Source: Owenia fusiformis
Lineage: Eukaryota
Length of the DNA stretch: 64,000 nt
NCBI GenBank assembly: GCA_903813345.2
Contig: CAIIXF020000001.1
Span: forward strand, 44,454,001-44,518,000
Reading direction: 5' to 3'
Numbering within the stretch: the first letter of the stretch is position 1; each line of letters opens with the position of its first letter. This document shows, piece after piece, positions 11,663 to 24,275 of this stretch. Below the pieces are notes generated by a model that was given only the letters and a program-made list of their open reading frames with translations, was not told the origin of the DNA and did not search any database. A program made the translations under genes and the position numbers.

Positions 11663-14600
11663 TTATTTCTTTGAAAAAGTTAGAAATTTTGAGAAAAAGT
11701 GTGTCTTTTTTCTTGAAAGATTTCTGAAAAGTTGCATATGTGTGCCTTGTTTGTCAAGTCCATATCTCTTTAATTGGTTGTCAGATAGTTTGGAAAAAGC
11801 TTTTCCATCAAGATGAGCTGCTTTCATTTGTTGGATAACTGAGTCCTCAATATTTTGCTGTTTGAAAAAGTCAGCCATTTGGTCAATAGTAAAGTTGTAA
11901 AGGTTTCCATCATCTGGAATTGTGGTGTGGCATTCTGGAAGAAAGATATAAACATGATAAACTGTGGTGTTAAGTCGAGATATTTTCAAGCTTTGACGAT
12001 TATAGAGAATAATTTGGGCCCAAAACTTTGTAGGGCCTCAATAAGTGGGCCTTTTTGGGCATTACTTGGCCTTTATTGGGCCTTTTTAAGTATTAGTATT
12101 TTGAAAGGTTATACAGAAATAATCACATGATTGATTGCTATTGTATTTGTAAGGGGGACAGACTCATATTTTATTTACAAATACATGTACCGGTAATTAT
12201 TTTTTAGTAGTCCATAAACAATTATTTGAAAAGAAACAAGCAACTTTATAATTGTTATTATTATTAATGTATAGTGGTAATAAATGAATGTGGGTAGAGT
12301 GATGACGATTACAATTACATAAATAAAGGAGAGCTATGCTCAATTGTTAACCTACAACTGAAACTACAAGAGCAGTAAACTTCACTTTGGAACACGATGC
12401 CTACTTTGTGAGCAGTTTTCTCAAACTTCTATCCAAGTTGCCGATCGCTTTGAGTTTATTTTTTATTTAGGATCAGATTGGTTACTTCAATACCAAACAA
12501 CTGTACCACCCTTGGTATACGCAGCTAACGAAAATTGACCGGTACGGGTCAAAAGCTGGACCGGTACGGGTTAACGGTTTTATTTGAATTTAAAACAGCC
12601 ATAACTTGCTCAATATTGACTTCCTCGTGTCTAATTTGAAATATATGATGCCTCCCGATGCGTTTAAGTACCCCAATTTTTTACAGATTTTTAAACGGAC
12701 CAAAACTCTCTAAATGCGCATTTATGCTCTTTTCTCTCGAGAATGACTGTCTCATTTTCACGATAACTTTTATTTAGTACTTCTAACATATAAGATCTAT
12801 TTTTCCCCATCAAGGTATGATGTAAATGACATGCTATTTACATCTTGTGAGTTTCAATGACGCGCGTTTGATTTTATAAAAAATGCCAAACTTTGTGACA
12901 AAGAATTTCCTCCTGCTTGCAGCGAGAAGACGGATCGGTTCGGGGCAACAGCTTGCAGCGAGAAGACGGACCGGTTCGGGGCAATAGCTATAGAAATTCT
13001 TTGTCACAAAGTTTAGAATTTATTTAACTTGAATTTTGACTTGAAATTTCATGAGGACCACATAGGTCTCCTGACATACAGTCATAGTGTTGGTTCAAGG
13101 TATATTTCATTTTTGAGTGAGCACTTTTTGGGCTGTTTTCTCCATGAACACAGGCTGGTATCGAAAAATTTGTCCGCTGTGACGGAGCGTGCTATTTTGC
13201 ATAGAAACACTAAGAAACCCACACAATTTATCTTTTTACTCATATGTTTCGCTATACCAAAGAAAATTTCTTACTCCATGCAATGGGTATATCATTTGCG
13301 GGTAATTTTAACTGTTGTTTGAAGTCCAACAACGCTAAGAGTAAAAGCTATTGAAAACGGCGCCGGGGTATCATACTCCAAAATGTACCATTTGTTTTAT
13401 TTCTTTTTAATGGTACAATATAGTGACACGATAATATTTACATATGTTTTCAGCATAACTCTGAAGGTATTTATGATATCTTGATGTATTGGGTATTTTT
13501 AATATTTTTTATAAAAAATAATGTTTACATTTTTTGTCAGCTGTGACGGAGCAGTTTTAACTGTGAACTATGTTAAGAATTTAAGATTCAAATTATATCT
13601 TTTAAAAGTACCCTTAAGCCCGGTATAACCAATGGGGCAAAATCCCACTTGCCCCATCGAGTCCAATCTTGCCCCATCGAATCCCAATTTGCCCCATCGA
13701 ATCCCACGAGGTCCCATGGGACCTTGATGACTTTGTCCCATCGTGCCCCATGGAGTCCCATCAAGTCCCATGGAGTCCAATCAAATCCCACTGTGCCCCA
13801 TTGGTGTATGTCAGGCTTCGCACAACACGTCATATGATCGAAAATCCCACGATGCCCCATGGAAAGAATGAACATGTTCATTCTCGATGGGACTCCATGG
13901 GACTTCGTGGGATTTTGCCCCATCTTGCCCCATCGAGTCCCACGTGGGACTTCATGGGACCTCATGGGACCTCGTGGGACTCGATGGGGCAAGATGGGGC
14001 AAAATCCCACGGAGTCCCATGGAGTCCCAAGGACTTCATGGGGCAAAATCCCAAAAGGTCCCACGAGGTCCCACGCAATGTTAAGTCTATGGAGGTCCCA
14101 ACTTGCCCCATTGGTGTATACCGGGCTTTAGAAGAGAGAACGTCACAAATCACTTTCCTAAATAATGACAAGCAGCATCTTGGAGATATGGGGTAATGTA
14201 AATCTGAGATTAAAAACGACCACTCTTAGCATTTTTGGAGGTTTGTACTGAAATCAACATGAATCAACATGATGTAAACTCAACATAATATTTCTAATAC
14301 GTTTTCGTCTAGACGTTTTGAAATGTCACGTGTAGTGTAAATAGGGCTAATATGAATTTACTTATTCGAAATAGCGCACAGACATCATGCATTCCGACAG
14401 ATGTATAACCTTTTACCACATAATATTATATTACTGTATATAAGATGATCCCAATACAGATTTAATTTGTAATTATTTGAAATTCATGAAATTCATCGTT
14501 TTTCTTAGAATAAAATTATAAAAAAAGTCTTTGTGAACATGCTGCACTGTAAAACCTGTATCAATGAATATCTGTCTCTAGTGAATACCTCTTCTTATCA

Positions 14601-17547
14601 AATATTCCTCTGACTTCTGTTTGAAATTGCCTCTATGGAGTGAACATCTAGTGGGAACACATTTTTGGGCTCCATATGTATTCACTGTACACATATTTTA
14701 CTGTAGTTGCATCAGATAGCCATAACTCTTAGTCAAATAAAGAACGATCTTAAAATCAAATTTTGCATTTTCGTATTTCAAGATACATTCAACTTACCTT
14801 TTGGAACGACTAAAGAGGGTAGAACAATCCACAGTCCATACCATTAAATGTATTTAGCTTCATAAATCATTTTACTTATATACATTTCAGAATTTGAATT
14901 GTGTACTTTTATTACGTTTCATTTTTCAGAATACTTTAAGAAAGAGATTTGACACGCTCGCTCCTCTAAAGTTTAGTTGTAAAGAAATATATTATGAATC
15001 TAAATTCTTAACGCATTTCAGATTTGAAACTGCTCCGTCACAGCGGACAAAAAAATTAATTATTATTTTTTATCAAAAAAATTAAAAATACCCAATACAT
15101 AAAGATCTCATTAATACCTTCGGAGTTATGCTGAAAACATATGTAAATATTATCGTGTCGCTATATTGTACCATTAAAAAGAAATAAAAGAAATGGTACA
15201 TTTTGGAGTATGATACTCCGGCGCCGTTTTCAATAGCTTTTACTCATAGCGTTGTTGGATTTCAGACAGAATTTAAAGCTACCCGCAAATGATATATTCA
15301 TTGCATGGAGTCAGTAATTTTCTTTGATATAGCAAAACATATGAGTAAAAAAATAAATTGTGTGGATTTCCTAGTGATTCTATGCAAAATAGCACGCTCC
15401 GTCACAGCGGACAAATTTTCGATACCAGCCTGTGATGAACAAGCTGAATAAACCAATTAACAACACCTACCACCGTCTGTGTAAATCTGATTATCGCCAT
15501 CAACTACCATTCGAGGAAATGCATTCACAATTTCGTAGTCAACCGTTTCGTAATCGTGGTCTTGGGCTGCAAGTTCGTTGTATCGTTCAGCTGATAACTT
15601 CTCTGGTGCACTGTCCAACTCAGCCAGTTTCACATTTTTGTGCTGAATCTGTGTCATGAATGAAACTTGTATATCTGTCCTTGTTGGAAGATGCATAGCC
15701 ATTTTGTCGTCTGCTAACGATATCATAATTTCGGGTTCTCTGATACAAAAGTCCAGTGTTATCCTGGTATTTTGTGGCAATATATCCTCGAATCGTGGAT
15801 CCGGTCTGACAAGTTCAAATTGACTGCCTCTTTTGTAAACCGCATGGGCATTGGTTATGCTGTATAGGGTTGTGTCTTTGGGGATTGGTTCAAATACACC
15901 TTCCATGAATGTTGGGAGACTGACTGGTATTGAGTACATAGCGCCGGGGGATTCTTTCGTACACAGCAGTACTTCCACCTCCGCATCCCGATGATGTTTT
16001 CCTTGTTCGACTCTTTCTAGATGAGATAATCTCCTTCGTGTCAGGTCTAAGACATCCCCAACGTTAACGGAATCATATGACATATACTTGGCCTCTTTCA
16101 CTACCAACACACGATCTCCATTGTGCTTCAACAGATCTTCGACGCTGTTGATTTGTTTGGGACAAGCCCTGAATCGCCCTTGATAAGAAGAGGGAATAAT
16201 GAAATAGTCGCCATCGCACCAGAGGAGGAATTTCATCCTTTCGTCCTGGTATCCGTGAATATCGATTTGCACACCTGGACGAATATTGAGATGTTCAGTG
16301 ATACTTGTTATCTCATCCCAATCGTGAACTTTAGCCCTGATTGGAAGCAGTTTATATCCAGCAATTGTAATGTTAAATCGGACATCACCTTATCTCCTAA
16401 CTGGTACTATTACTGAGATTTCGTATCAACACTTTAGTCTACTACATTAATGTTTAAAACTCATATATGTGAGCGTTAATGCAGGGGCATTTCATACAGG
16501 CTATAAACACCGCCCTTTCATCAAATGTGTTTTCTGGTTTCCTTAATTTCCCCAATTTCTTTAGAAATTGATGGATAATTTCAAGATTATATTATCTGAC
16601 ACATAAACATGGCATATACCACATAAGTTTCTCATATTTAGTTGTTGTTTTTTGTTGAACCATATATTACGTACAAGGATAACTGTATTTTATTTACAAG
16701 TAGGCTGCATCTTGTATTAGACCAAACATAGCATCAAGTTTCACTAGAGCTGCTTAGAACACTTCTTATCAGATGTGTTGACAGCTCTCCTGATAAAGAA
16801 AGTGACCGGTAATTTCTGGATTTGTGTTTATTTGTTTATCAATTGTTTATTGACGTCCAACCTGTGCCTATCACCAGGATATTCCTTCATGGAGTATTCT
16901 ACCTCCAGGTCGGGTGTAAGCATCGTGACTAATCCATCCAGAGGGAGACCTTGGATTTGATTTCGTTCATCTATTACATCGCCTTTCACCAGCTTGAGTT
17001 TACGTTCTTTTGGAAATTGATGTACCAAATCTGACACTGTGTAAAAGTTGTTTAGTTTCTTTGCAGTGAAATGTCCCTCACAGTCCATTGGAAGCTGAAC
17101 AAGCTTCATTTGTCTAACAAGTTTACATTCTAATAACCTCTGCCAATTTTTGCCCACTACAAGTCTGATTAATTTCAAGATCTCATCTTTCTCTAATAGA
17201 AAAGCTCCGTCATCGCTTCGCCACGTCTTGTTACATTTTACAACAAACGGGCAAACTTCAATCAAATCCTTTACTGTAGTGTACACATGTCCTACTGGGT
17301 GGTAATCCAGAATTTGGAATTTTGTTGGATTAGACTCGTGTATGGCTATTCTATTTTCAATCTTTCTTCCCTTCTCCTTATATACAAGGTTGATCTGTTT
17401 TACGTGTACTGAATGTAGATCCAGGACAGTACCTGTTGGTAAATCCTCGTCCTCACCACACTGTACACCCCCAGTAACCTTGACACGTTCTGGCAACACA
17501 TCCTTGTTAATGTCAATAAATTCTCTCAGAGAAAACGTTGAATCCAT
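11663..17547 (-). CDS. CABIT-CABIT-SAM adaptor protein (THEMIS/GAREM-like), copy 2
   Basis: Translated segments identical to copy 1 (17547-16828, ~16350-15471, 11934-11663), with an extra 473 bp at the CABIT1/CABIT2 junction. Confidence 0.7.
13149..15434. mobile_element. Non-autonomous Transib-like DNA transposon (duplicate), TSD ATGAA
   Basis: Same termini and TSD as 3590-5875. Confidence 0.88.
13617..14127. mobile_element. PIF/Harbinger-like MITE (duplicate)
   Basis: Identical to 4058-4568. Confidence 0.8.
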
Positions 17548-17869
17548 TTTCGTTCTTTTAAACCTAACTATTTAAGGGCTTCGTTTTAAAACAAAATGTG
17601 ACATTATAAATCAACGAATTAAGCCCATATCCCTCTATTATATTGTACTATGTACATACTTATAAACGTGATAAACATTTTTTCCAAGAACTGAACTGAC
17701 GTGGTGTATTTTCAGTTTCAATTGTGCAGTTTGTGTTTTCGGTTAGGAGTTTTTACAAAACAACCCGAAGAAATGTTAAGGACCGACTTAACTTTATTTT
17801 TCGGTTACCGGTGCCTTATTTATATTTGTATTCAGAAATGGGTGCAAAGTGCGTATTGAGCCCGGTATT

Positions 17870-18000
17870 AGGGAGGTTAAGATTAGCGTAAAAATGTACG
17901 TATACCTATCCCTATCCGTATGTTTGCAACTGTTTATAAACATACGGATAGGGATCTAACGTACAAATACGTACAATTTTACGCTAATCTTAACCTCCCT
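17870..18000. mobile_element. 131-bp MITE (PIF/Harbinger-ISL2EU group-like), TSD ATT
   Basis: ATT|AGGGAGGTTAAGATTAGCGTAAAA ... TTTTACGCTAATCTTAACCTCCCT|ATT; the empty site is visible in the paralogue at ~8151. Confidence 0.85.
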
Positions 18001-18399
18001 ATTTAGATGAAATTCCATGAATGATATGATTATCCCACCGAGCGAAGTTCGAGGGGGATATAGAGAAGCCGTCCGTCCGTCCGTCCGTCCGTTCGTTCGT
18101 TCGTTCGTTTGTCTGTGTTTCCGGGCAAAAAGTCCGGTTGACGAATTTGATTCAAATTTTTTAGGTTCATGCCTTATGGGGCAAAACCTCTGCTTGAGAA
18201 GGAATTTTCAATATGGCAACTCAATTCAAAATGGCCGCCATTTTTCGTAAAACTGTTATCTTTGATAACTCAAATACTAGTAAATGGATTTGGATCAAAT
18301 TTTATATGCTGATACCAAGGGACTAGGAAACTTTGATCGAGAAGAAATTTTCAAGATGGCCGCTGATTTTCAAAATCGCCGCAATTAAAAATAACTTAA

Positions 18400-19362
18400 G
18401 GTAACGGTAAAGTTAATCAAAAGTACAAAAAATGGCAGTCATATTTATTTGACTAAGTCACAAGATTTTGTATTCTGTTTTCCTTATATGTGATGCATTT
18501 CCTGACTAAAGAGACTTGTCAAAGAAAACTTCACATTTAGACGCATTTTTTATAACTATGAATCGGAGGTGCATGGGTCCCTAAAGCTAGCATGGAGACA
18601 GTGAAGTGAGGATAACTTTTTAAAATTTCAAGGAGTAGGATTGCAATGGAGACACATTTGTAAGTTTTTCCACAAATCATCTTACCTTACCAAGGAACAT
18701 CAAAGGATCATGATAACATGTACTTCTTGTATAATAAAGCTCAAACCATTGTAAATTCTAAATATCTCATGTCCACCATTTTGTTTCCTGGGACTATTTT
18801 CTAGTCCAAAGTAATCCTCACTCATGTCACATCAATTAAGTATCTATCATGATTAGTATACTGTTATAGATAAAATATATTAGTGATAATCCATGCCACT
18901 TGGTGAAGTCACAAAAACTTGTATGAGGATTAATCAGGAAGTCTAGAAGTAGTTCCGCCAAACAAAATGGGGGACATGACATATTTATAAGAAACTATGG
19001 TTTGAGCTTTATCATACTCTAACAATGCAAGAAGTGCAGATTTTCATGCTCCCTCAATGTTCCCTGGTAAGGTAATATGGTTTGTGGAAATTTTGGATTC
19101 TTGCAAATGTGTGACTTTAGCAAGGCTACTCCTTGAAACTTTCAAAAATTAGCCTCATTTCACGGTCTTTATGCTAGCTTTGGGGACCCATGCACCTCCA
19201 ATTCATAGTTGTAAAAATGCGTTTAAATGTGAAGTTTTCTTTGACATGTCTCTTAAGTCAGGAAATGCATTCACGTATAAGGAAAACAGATACAAAATCT
19301 TGTGACTTAGTCAAAAAATAAGGCTGCCATTTTTTGTACTTTTGATTAACTTTACCGTTACC
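18400..19362. mobile_element. Foldback MITE, TTAA TSD, GG..CC ends (Kolobok-like)
   Basis: TTAA|GGTAACGGTAAAGTTAATCAAAAGTAC ... GTACTTTTGATTAACTTTACCGTTACC|TTAA; palindromic over most of its length. Confidence 0.85.
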
Positions 19363-19930
19363 TTAAATAATACTTGTAAACGGATTTCAGTCAAATTGTA
19401 TATGCTGATGCCGAAGGATATAGTAGCTCTGTTCAAGAAAGAATTTTCAAGATGGCGGCTGGATTTTAAAATGGCTGCCATTTTTTGCAAAAATGTTATC
19501 TTTGATAACTTAAATACCAGTGAATGGATTTGGCTCAAATTTTATATGCCGATGCCTAGCGACATAGTAGCTCTGTTCTTGAAAAAAATCCGTAATCTTT
19601 GATAACTCAAACACCAGTGAACGGATTTGGTTCTTTTATATGCTGATGCCTAGGGACACGATTGTTCTGTTGACAAAATAATTTTCAAGATGGTGGCCGA
19701 TTTCAAAATGGCTGCCATTTTTCATAAAAGAATATATTCGTTGATAATTCATATGTCGATGCCTGGAGACAAACAAGCTCTGCTCACGAAGGATTTTTTA
19801 AGATGGCGGTTAAATTTCAAAATGGCTGCCATTTTAACTTAATCTTTGATAACTCAAATAACAGTTGACTGATTTGGTTCAAAACATATAAGCTACTAAT
19901 ACTACCTAGGGACAAAAGAGCTCTGTTTAA

Positions 19931-20532
19931 AGGAATATTCCTTGCCAAACCATCTCTCTCCTCATATGGTAGCTATAACCATATATATGCTTGCCATGTT
20001 TAGCAAAACACGCAAAAATGTTTTGATATGGTCAAATTTGATCACTTAGAAATGTGATGCTCAATTCCAGTAAGCTGCCATCTTTTAGAATTTCACACAG
20101 GAAGTGATGTCATCGACTCTCACCTTTGCATATAGCATTAGGTGAGGAGCTATTAAGAATTACAAAACCAGCTAAATATTCTTTTTCAACTTTGTATCTT
20201 ATTTAATCCTTCTGAAAATCTCTTCTTTTATTCTAAGTTGACAAGCCCTGAAAATATTTTTGCAAAGAAAGTAATGATCACTTGTCTAGAAGTGATTTTG
20301 TGCTACTTTCCTATACTGTTATGGGCAAGGTTATAGAAGTTGAGAGTTGATGACATCACTTCCTGCAAGAAATCTTAAAAGATGGCAGCTCACTGGAAAT
20401 AAGCACTAGATTTTTAAATGATCAATATTGACCATATTAAAACATTTTCCCATGTTTTGCTAAATATGGAAACTATATATATGATTATAGCTACCATATC
20501 AAGAGAGAAAGGATCTGGCAAGGATTATTCCT
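19931..20532. mobile_element. Foldback MITE, TTAA TSD, AGG..CCT ends (Kolobok-like)
   Basis: TTAA|AGGAATATTCCTTGCC ... GGCAAGGATTATTCCT|TTAA with long imperfect arms. Confidence 0.75.
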
Positions 20533-20659
20533 TTAAGAAGAAGTTTTCAAGATGGCAGCTGAATTTCAAAATAGCCCCCATTTTTGGAAAAATAAATCTT
20601 TGATAACACAAATACCAGCGGATGAATTTGGTTTAAATTTTATATGCTGATACTTTCTT

Positions 20660-22270
20660 CTTTAATTAAACACAAGAGAGTGCTATGCTTCGACGCGCCT
20701 GCCTGTTTTTTTTTAACTCACTCGGTCCGTTTGTCATGCAGCTGGTACCAACCTTTACATTCTCCGATAATATGAACACCACTATAGCCAGAGCGGTCGA
20801 CCTTTAAGCGCTACCTGTTGTAGGCACTGCTCTGCCCTTGATGGTAAAAGGGATGGTGAACAAACTCTCGGTGAATGTACTTGCAATTGTCAAATAAGTC
20901 ATTGATTAATGTTGTCTCCCCTGTGCCCATTTGTCATTTCTCCTCAACCAGAGCCAGCGAGAGGCTTCCTCTGCTGCATATCCAACTGCTTTATTTGCTC
21001 TCTTAAGCCATTGGGGCGGTAGTCCTACATTCTTGAACATTCGGTTTAGAGATGTCGATTGGAATCCTCTACAACCTACTTCAACAGGATAGTAGTGAAC
21101 TTTCCAACCTTTGGTCTCTATCTTCTCAATTAGCGCTTTTGAGTTGGTGCTTCTTCAATACGATCTTCCCAAGGTACGGTAAGTTCTATCATCACAGCAC
21201 TTCTTTTATCCTCTGAGAATAAAAGCATATCTGGTCTTTGGTTTGTTGTAGTGATACAGTTGGGAAATGTGAGTCTTTGGTGTAGATCTCCTCTCAGCTC
21301 CCAGTCCTGTGCTTGTTGTTGTAAGATGCCAAATCTTCCTCGAAAGGTGTACCTGCTACCGCTAGGCAAAACCTTTCCTTTAGGATTTGTTTTAGCACCC
21401 ACAAAATGTCTTTCTAAGGGTTACAACTGCTTTTGGCGTGATGTTGCAGTTAGATTTGTTTTGTTCATAATTTTTGCTTGAGCCACCCAGTGAGAAATCT
21501 TTTGGAGAACTTTGTCGTGTCTCCATGTGTACTCGGGATATGTTGGATGTTACTTCTCTGAGCTCCACAGTGAATACATGACGCGTCTCCATTCCCCAAG
21601 TCCCCAGATCGTGAAATTGGCAGGACATGGTAAAAGATCAGATATTGCTCTTACTAAGAAACTGATCTTGCCCTGAGAGAACTGAAAGCTGCTTCCTGAG
21701 ACTGTCTCTTAAATCTTTCAGTGCCAGTTTTTCCAAGTCAGGGACATGCTTCCATCTCCATGTGAGCCTTCTCATATCTCTTTTTAGTGCAGCTTTTCTC
21801 CTCCGTCTCCTACTTGGTCCAGTTTTACCCTCATTCTTGCTGTTTGTTCCCTTCTCTTGGAATCTTTCTGCACACATGGTGTACACTTGTCTTGTCATTG
21901 ATTCCATCTTCTCACAAGCTGTCCCTTTCAAGGAGTTCTCTAGAATATTGTCAATTTCATCATCAAGTTCTTTCCACACTGTCTGTTGTTGCAGGCAAGC
22001 GCAGTCTTGGCTTCCTTTCGAGAAGTGGCCCATCGTTCTCTTCTCTACCAATTTAAGTTGGGTTAGGTTCAACAGTAACTTGGAGGTCTTGAACACTGTT
22101 CAAATCCTGTATTTTACGGACAGGGGACTCCTTCCTACACTGTTTCTGCTTCTCGTGACACTTCATATTTCCCTTGTGTATGGCTACTCCTCTCATATTT
22201 TGAAAAGTCCACCACAACTGTCACATCTTGCCCTTGGCTCTACGGAGTGCTTTGTTCGAAAATTTCCAAG
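20660..22270 (-). mobile_element. Degenerate, internally deleted RLE non-LTR retrotransposon (HERO-like)
   Basis: N-terminal fragment WKELDDEIDNILENSLKG...RFQ. C-terminal fragments YTWRHDKVL, QRPDMLLFS..IELTVPWE, PVEVGCRGF and AEEASRWLW mark a restriction-like endonuclease. Frameshifted, with no RT domain between the two parts. Confidence 0.8.
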
Positions 22271-22591
22271 ATGGCCACTAATTATCAAAACAGGTTCTCG
22301 TTATTTATTACTATATGAGTCACTGTATAAACTTTATTTGAGGAAAACTAAATATTTTTACAATAATGCATTCATTTGTTTATAAATATGGTTGCCATTT
22401 TATTATCTGTATATGGGAGAAAATAAACATGTTAGCACAGATCTTTTGGGAGATAATATATTTGAGCTTGTAAGGAATACATTGGTAAGGAATACGACAA
22501 GGTACAGTAAAAAAATATACCGTAGTACACTTTAGATGTACGATGTTTAAAATATACCGTAGTACACTTTAGATGTCGATGGTTATGCGTG

Positions 22592-23813
22592 GTAATGTAA
22601 ATCCAGATTTTCTCAAGAGCTCTCGGGTAAGAGCGCTTAGCTAAAACGTTTTAGGACCCTAGTCATAGCCTGTTTAAACGTTTTACAAGCGAGTGTAAAT
22701 CCATCGGTTTTAGCTAAGAGCTCTTGCCCGGTTTTTTGCGTTGCGCTGAACGAAAAATTTGAAACTTTCTGTTTACGTGTGTCTGGTCATTTCTTTTCTC
22801 TTATCCCTTGTTCCCAATAGCATCCCAAAATATCGAGAAGATCTTGTTTGCCTGGCTATCTATCATAACCCTAATATATGCACCATATCTTCATTCTCTC
22901 TTTCATGCTTTTAACAATGCTGTCTTTAGGACATATTTTTGTAAGACCGATGCATTCTTTAGCACAAAGTATAGAAGCGGGAAAGGAATAGCTATATTGA
23001 CTGAACCGTCATTCAACCAGTACAGAACTGCTTTTTTCATTTTACATGTATACCTACATATCTCTAAGACGTTTTAGAAAAACAGTTGTAAACTCAATCA
23101 TATTTCGTAAGACGTCTTGAAAATGGTGGTGTAAACTCAACATAATTTTTCTAAAACGTTTTAGCCAAGACGTCTTGGAATGCCGTGTGTAATGTAAATA
23201 GGGCTAGGTGTTGGATTTACACTAGCGCCCTAAGACGTCTTGGCCAAAACGTTTTAGCGTTAAAACGTTTTACAAATGTAATGTAAATCCAGATTTTCTC
23301 AAGAGCTCTCGAGAGCGCTTAGCTAAAACGTTTTAGGACCCTAGTCATAGCCAAGACGTCTTATAGTTCCTGATTTCATGTGTAGCATGGTTCTTTCTCT
23401 TGTCTCATCCCTTTATTACCAATATCATCCAAAAATATCGAGAAGAACTAATTCGCCTCGCGTTCTATCATAATACTAATATATGGACAAAATCTTCCTA
23501 AAAGCATGAAAACTTTCATGCTTGTAACAATGCTCTCTTAAGGACATTTTTGAACCGATGCATTCTTTATAGTACGGGAAAGGGATAGCTATGTTGACTG
23601 AACCATCCTTCAACCAGTGTTGAACTGCTTTTTTCATTTTACATGTATGCCTAGGCCTACATATCTCAGTCTAAGACGTTTTAGAAAAACATGTGTAAAC
23701 TTATTCATATTTCGTAAGACGTCTTGAAAATGGTGGTGTAAACTCAACATGCTTTTTCTAAAACGTTTTAGCTAAGAAGTCTTGAAATGTCGCGTGTAGT
23801 GTAAGTAGGGCTA
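22592..23813. repeat. Two tandem ~600-bp copies of a non-autonomous repeat rich in AAGACGTC/AAAACGTTTT motifs
   Basis: GTAATGTAAATCCAGATTTTCTCAAGAGCTCTC occurs at ~22592 and ~23278; both copies end in ...GTAA(A/G)TAGGGCTA. The same end occurs at ~4710-4790. Confidence 0.7.
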
Positions 23814-24229
23814 CTGCCGAACCCCCGGGCGCCATCATGATCATTGCAATAAACTTGAACGGCGGTCGGGCAATGTCTTATATGAAATGGCATTATAGTG
23901 TTTCCACGATTATCTTGTAATATTACTTTTTATGTTATGATTATCGGGATTTATGGAGGAACCATTGATGTTCTGGTGGACCCGGTGTGATGAGAAATTA
24001 TGGTCCCCAGGGCCCGCCCCAGGGATTATGGTCCCGCTTTTTAAAGGCCCTTACTGGCCCTGATTGTGTATAAGATAATAAGGGAAAGAGGTCACCATAT
24101 AAATCAATGGAGAGTAGGACCATACATTAATAGGACCTCCTAACCTTTTCACACGGTTCTGAACGACCAAGGTCTTTCTTTAGTTGGCGTGCCTCTCATT
24201 AGCATAACGCGCCATTCCAAAACGAGGCA

Positions 24230-24275
24230 CCATTTTAAAATGGCAGCGCCCATGGGCACATTTGTTTAGGTAAAT
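24230..24275 (+). promoter_or_regulatory. Candidate YEATS2 promoter / first non-coding exon with a YY1-like motif
   Basis: AAAATGGCAGCGCCC in a locally CpG-richer region, followed by donor-like AG|GTAAAT; a second donor-like GAG|GTAAGA at ~24933. Confidence 0.35.

Larger units (their letters stand above)
9180..17640. repeat. Tandem segmental duplication, copy 2
   Basis: Near-identical to 1-7610 with extra segments 12078-12457 and 16353-16825. Flanks 7610-8560 and 17640-18400 remain homologous but are clearly more diverged. Confidence 0.97.
18030..20655 (+). mobile_element. HINE-like element (paralogue of the element at 8181) with two nested TTAA foldbacks
   Basis: Same 5' stem, (GTCC)n(GTTC)n and ~125-bp internal repeats. 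Confidence 0.7.
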
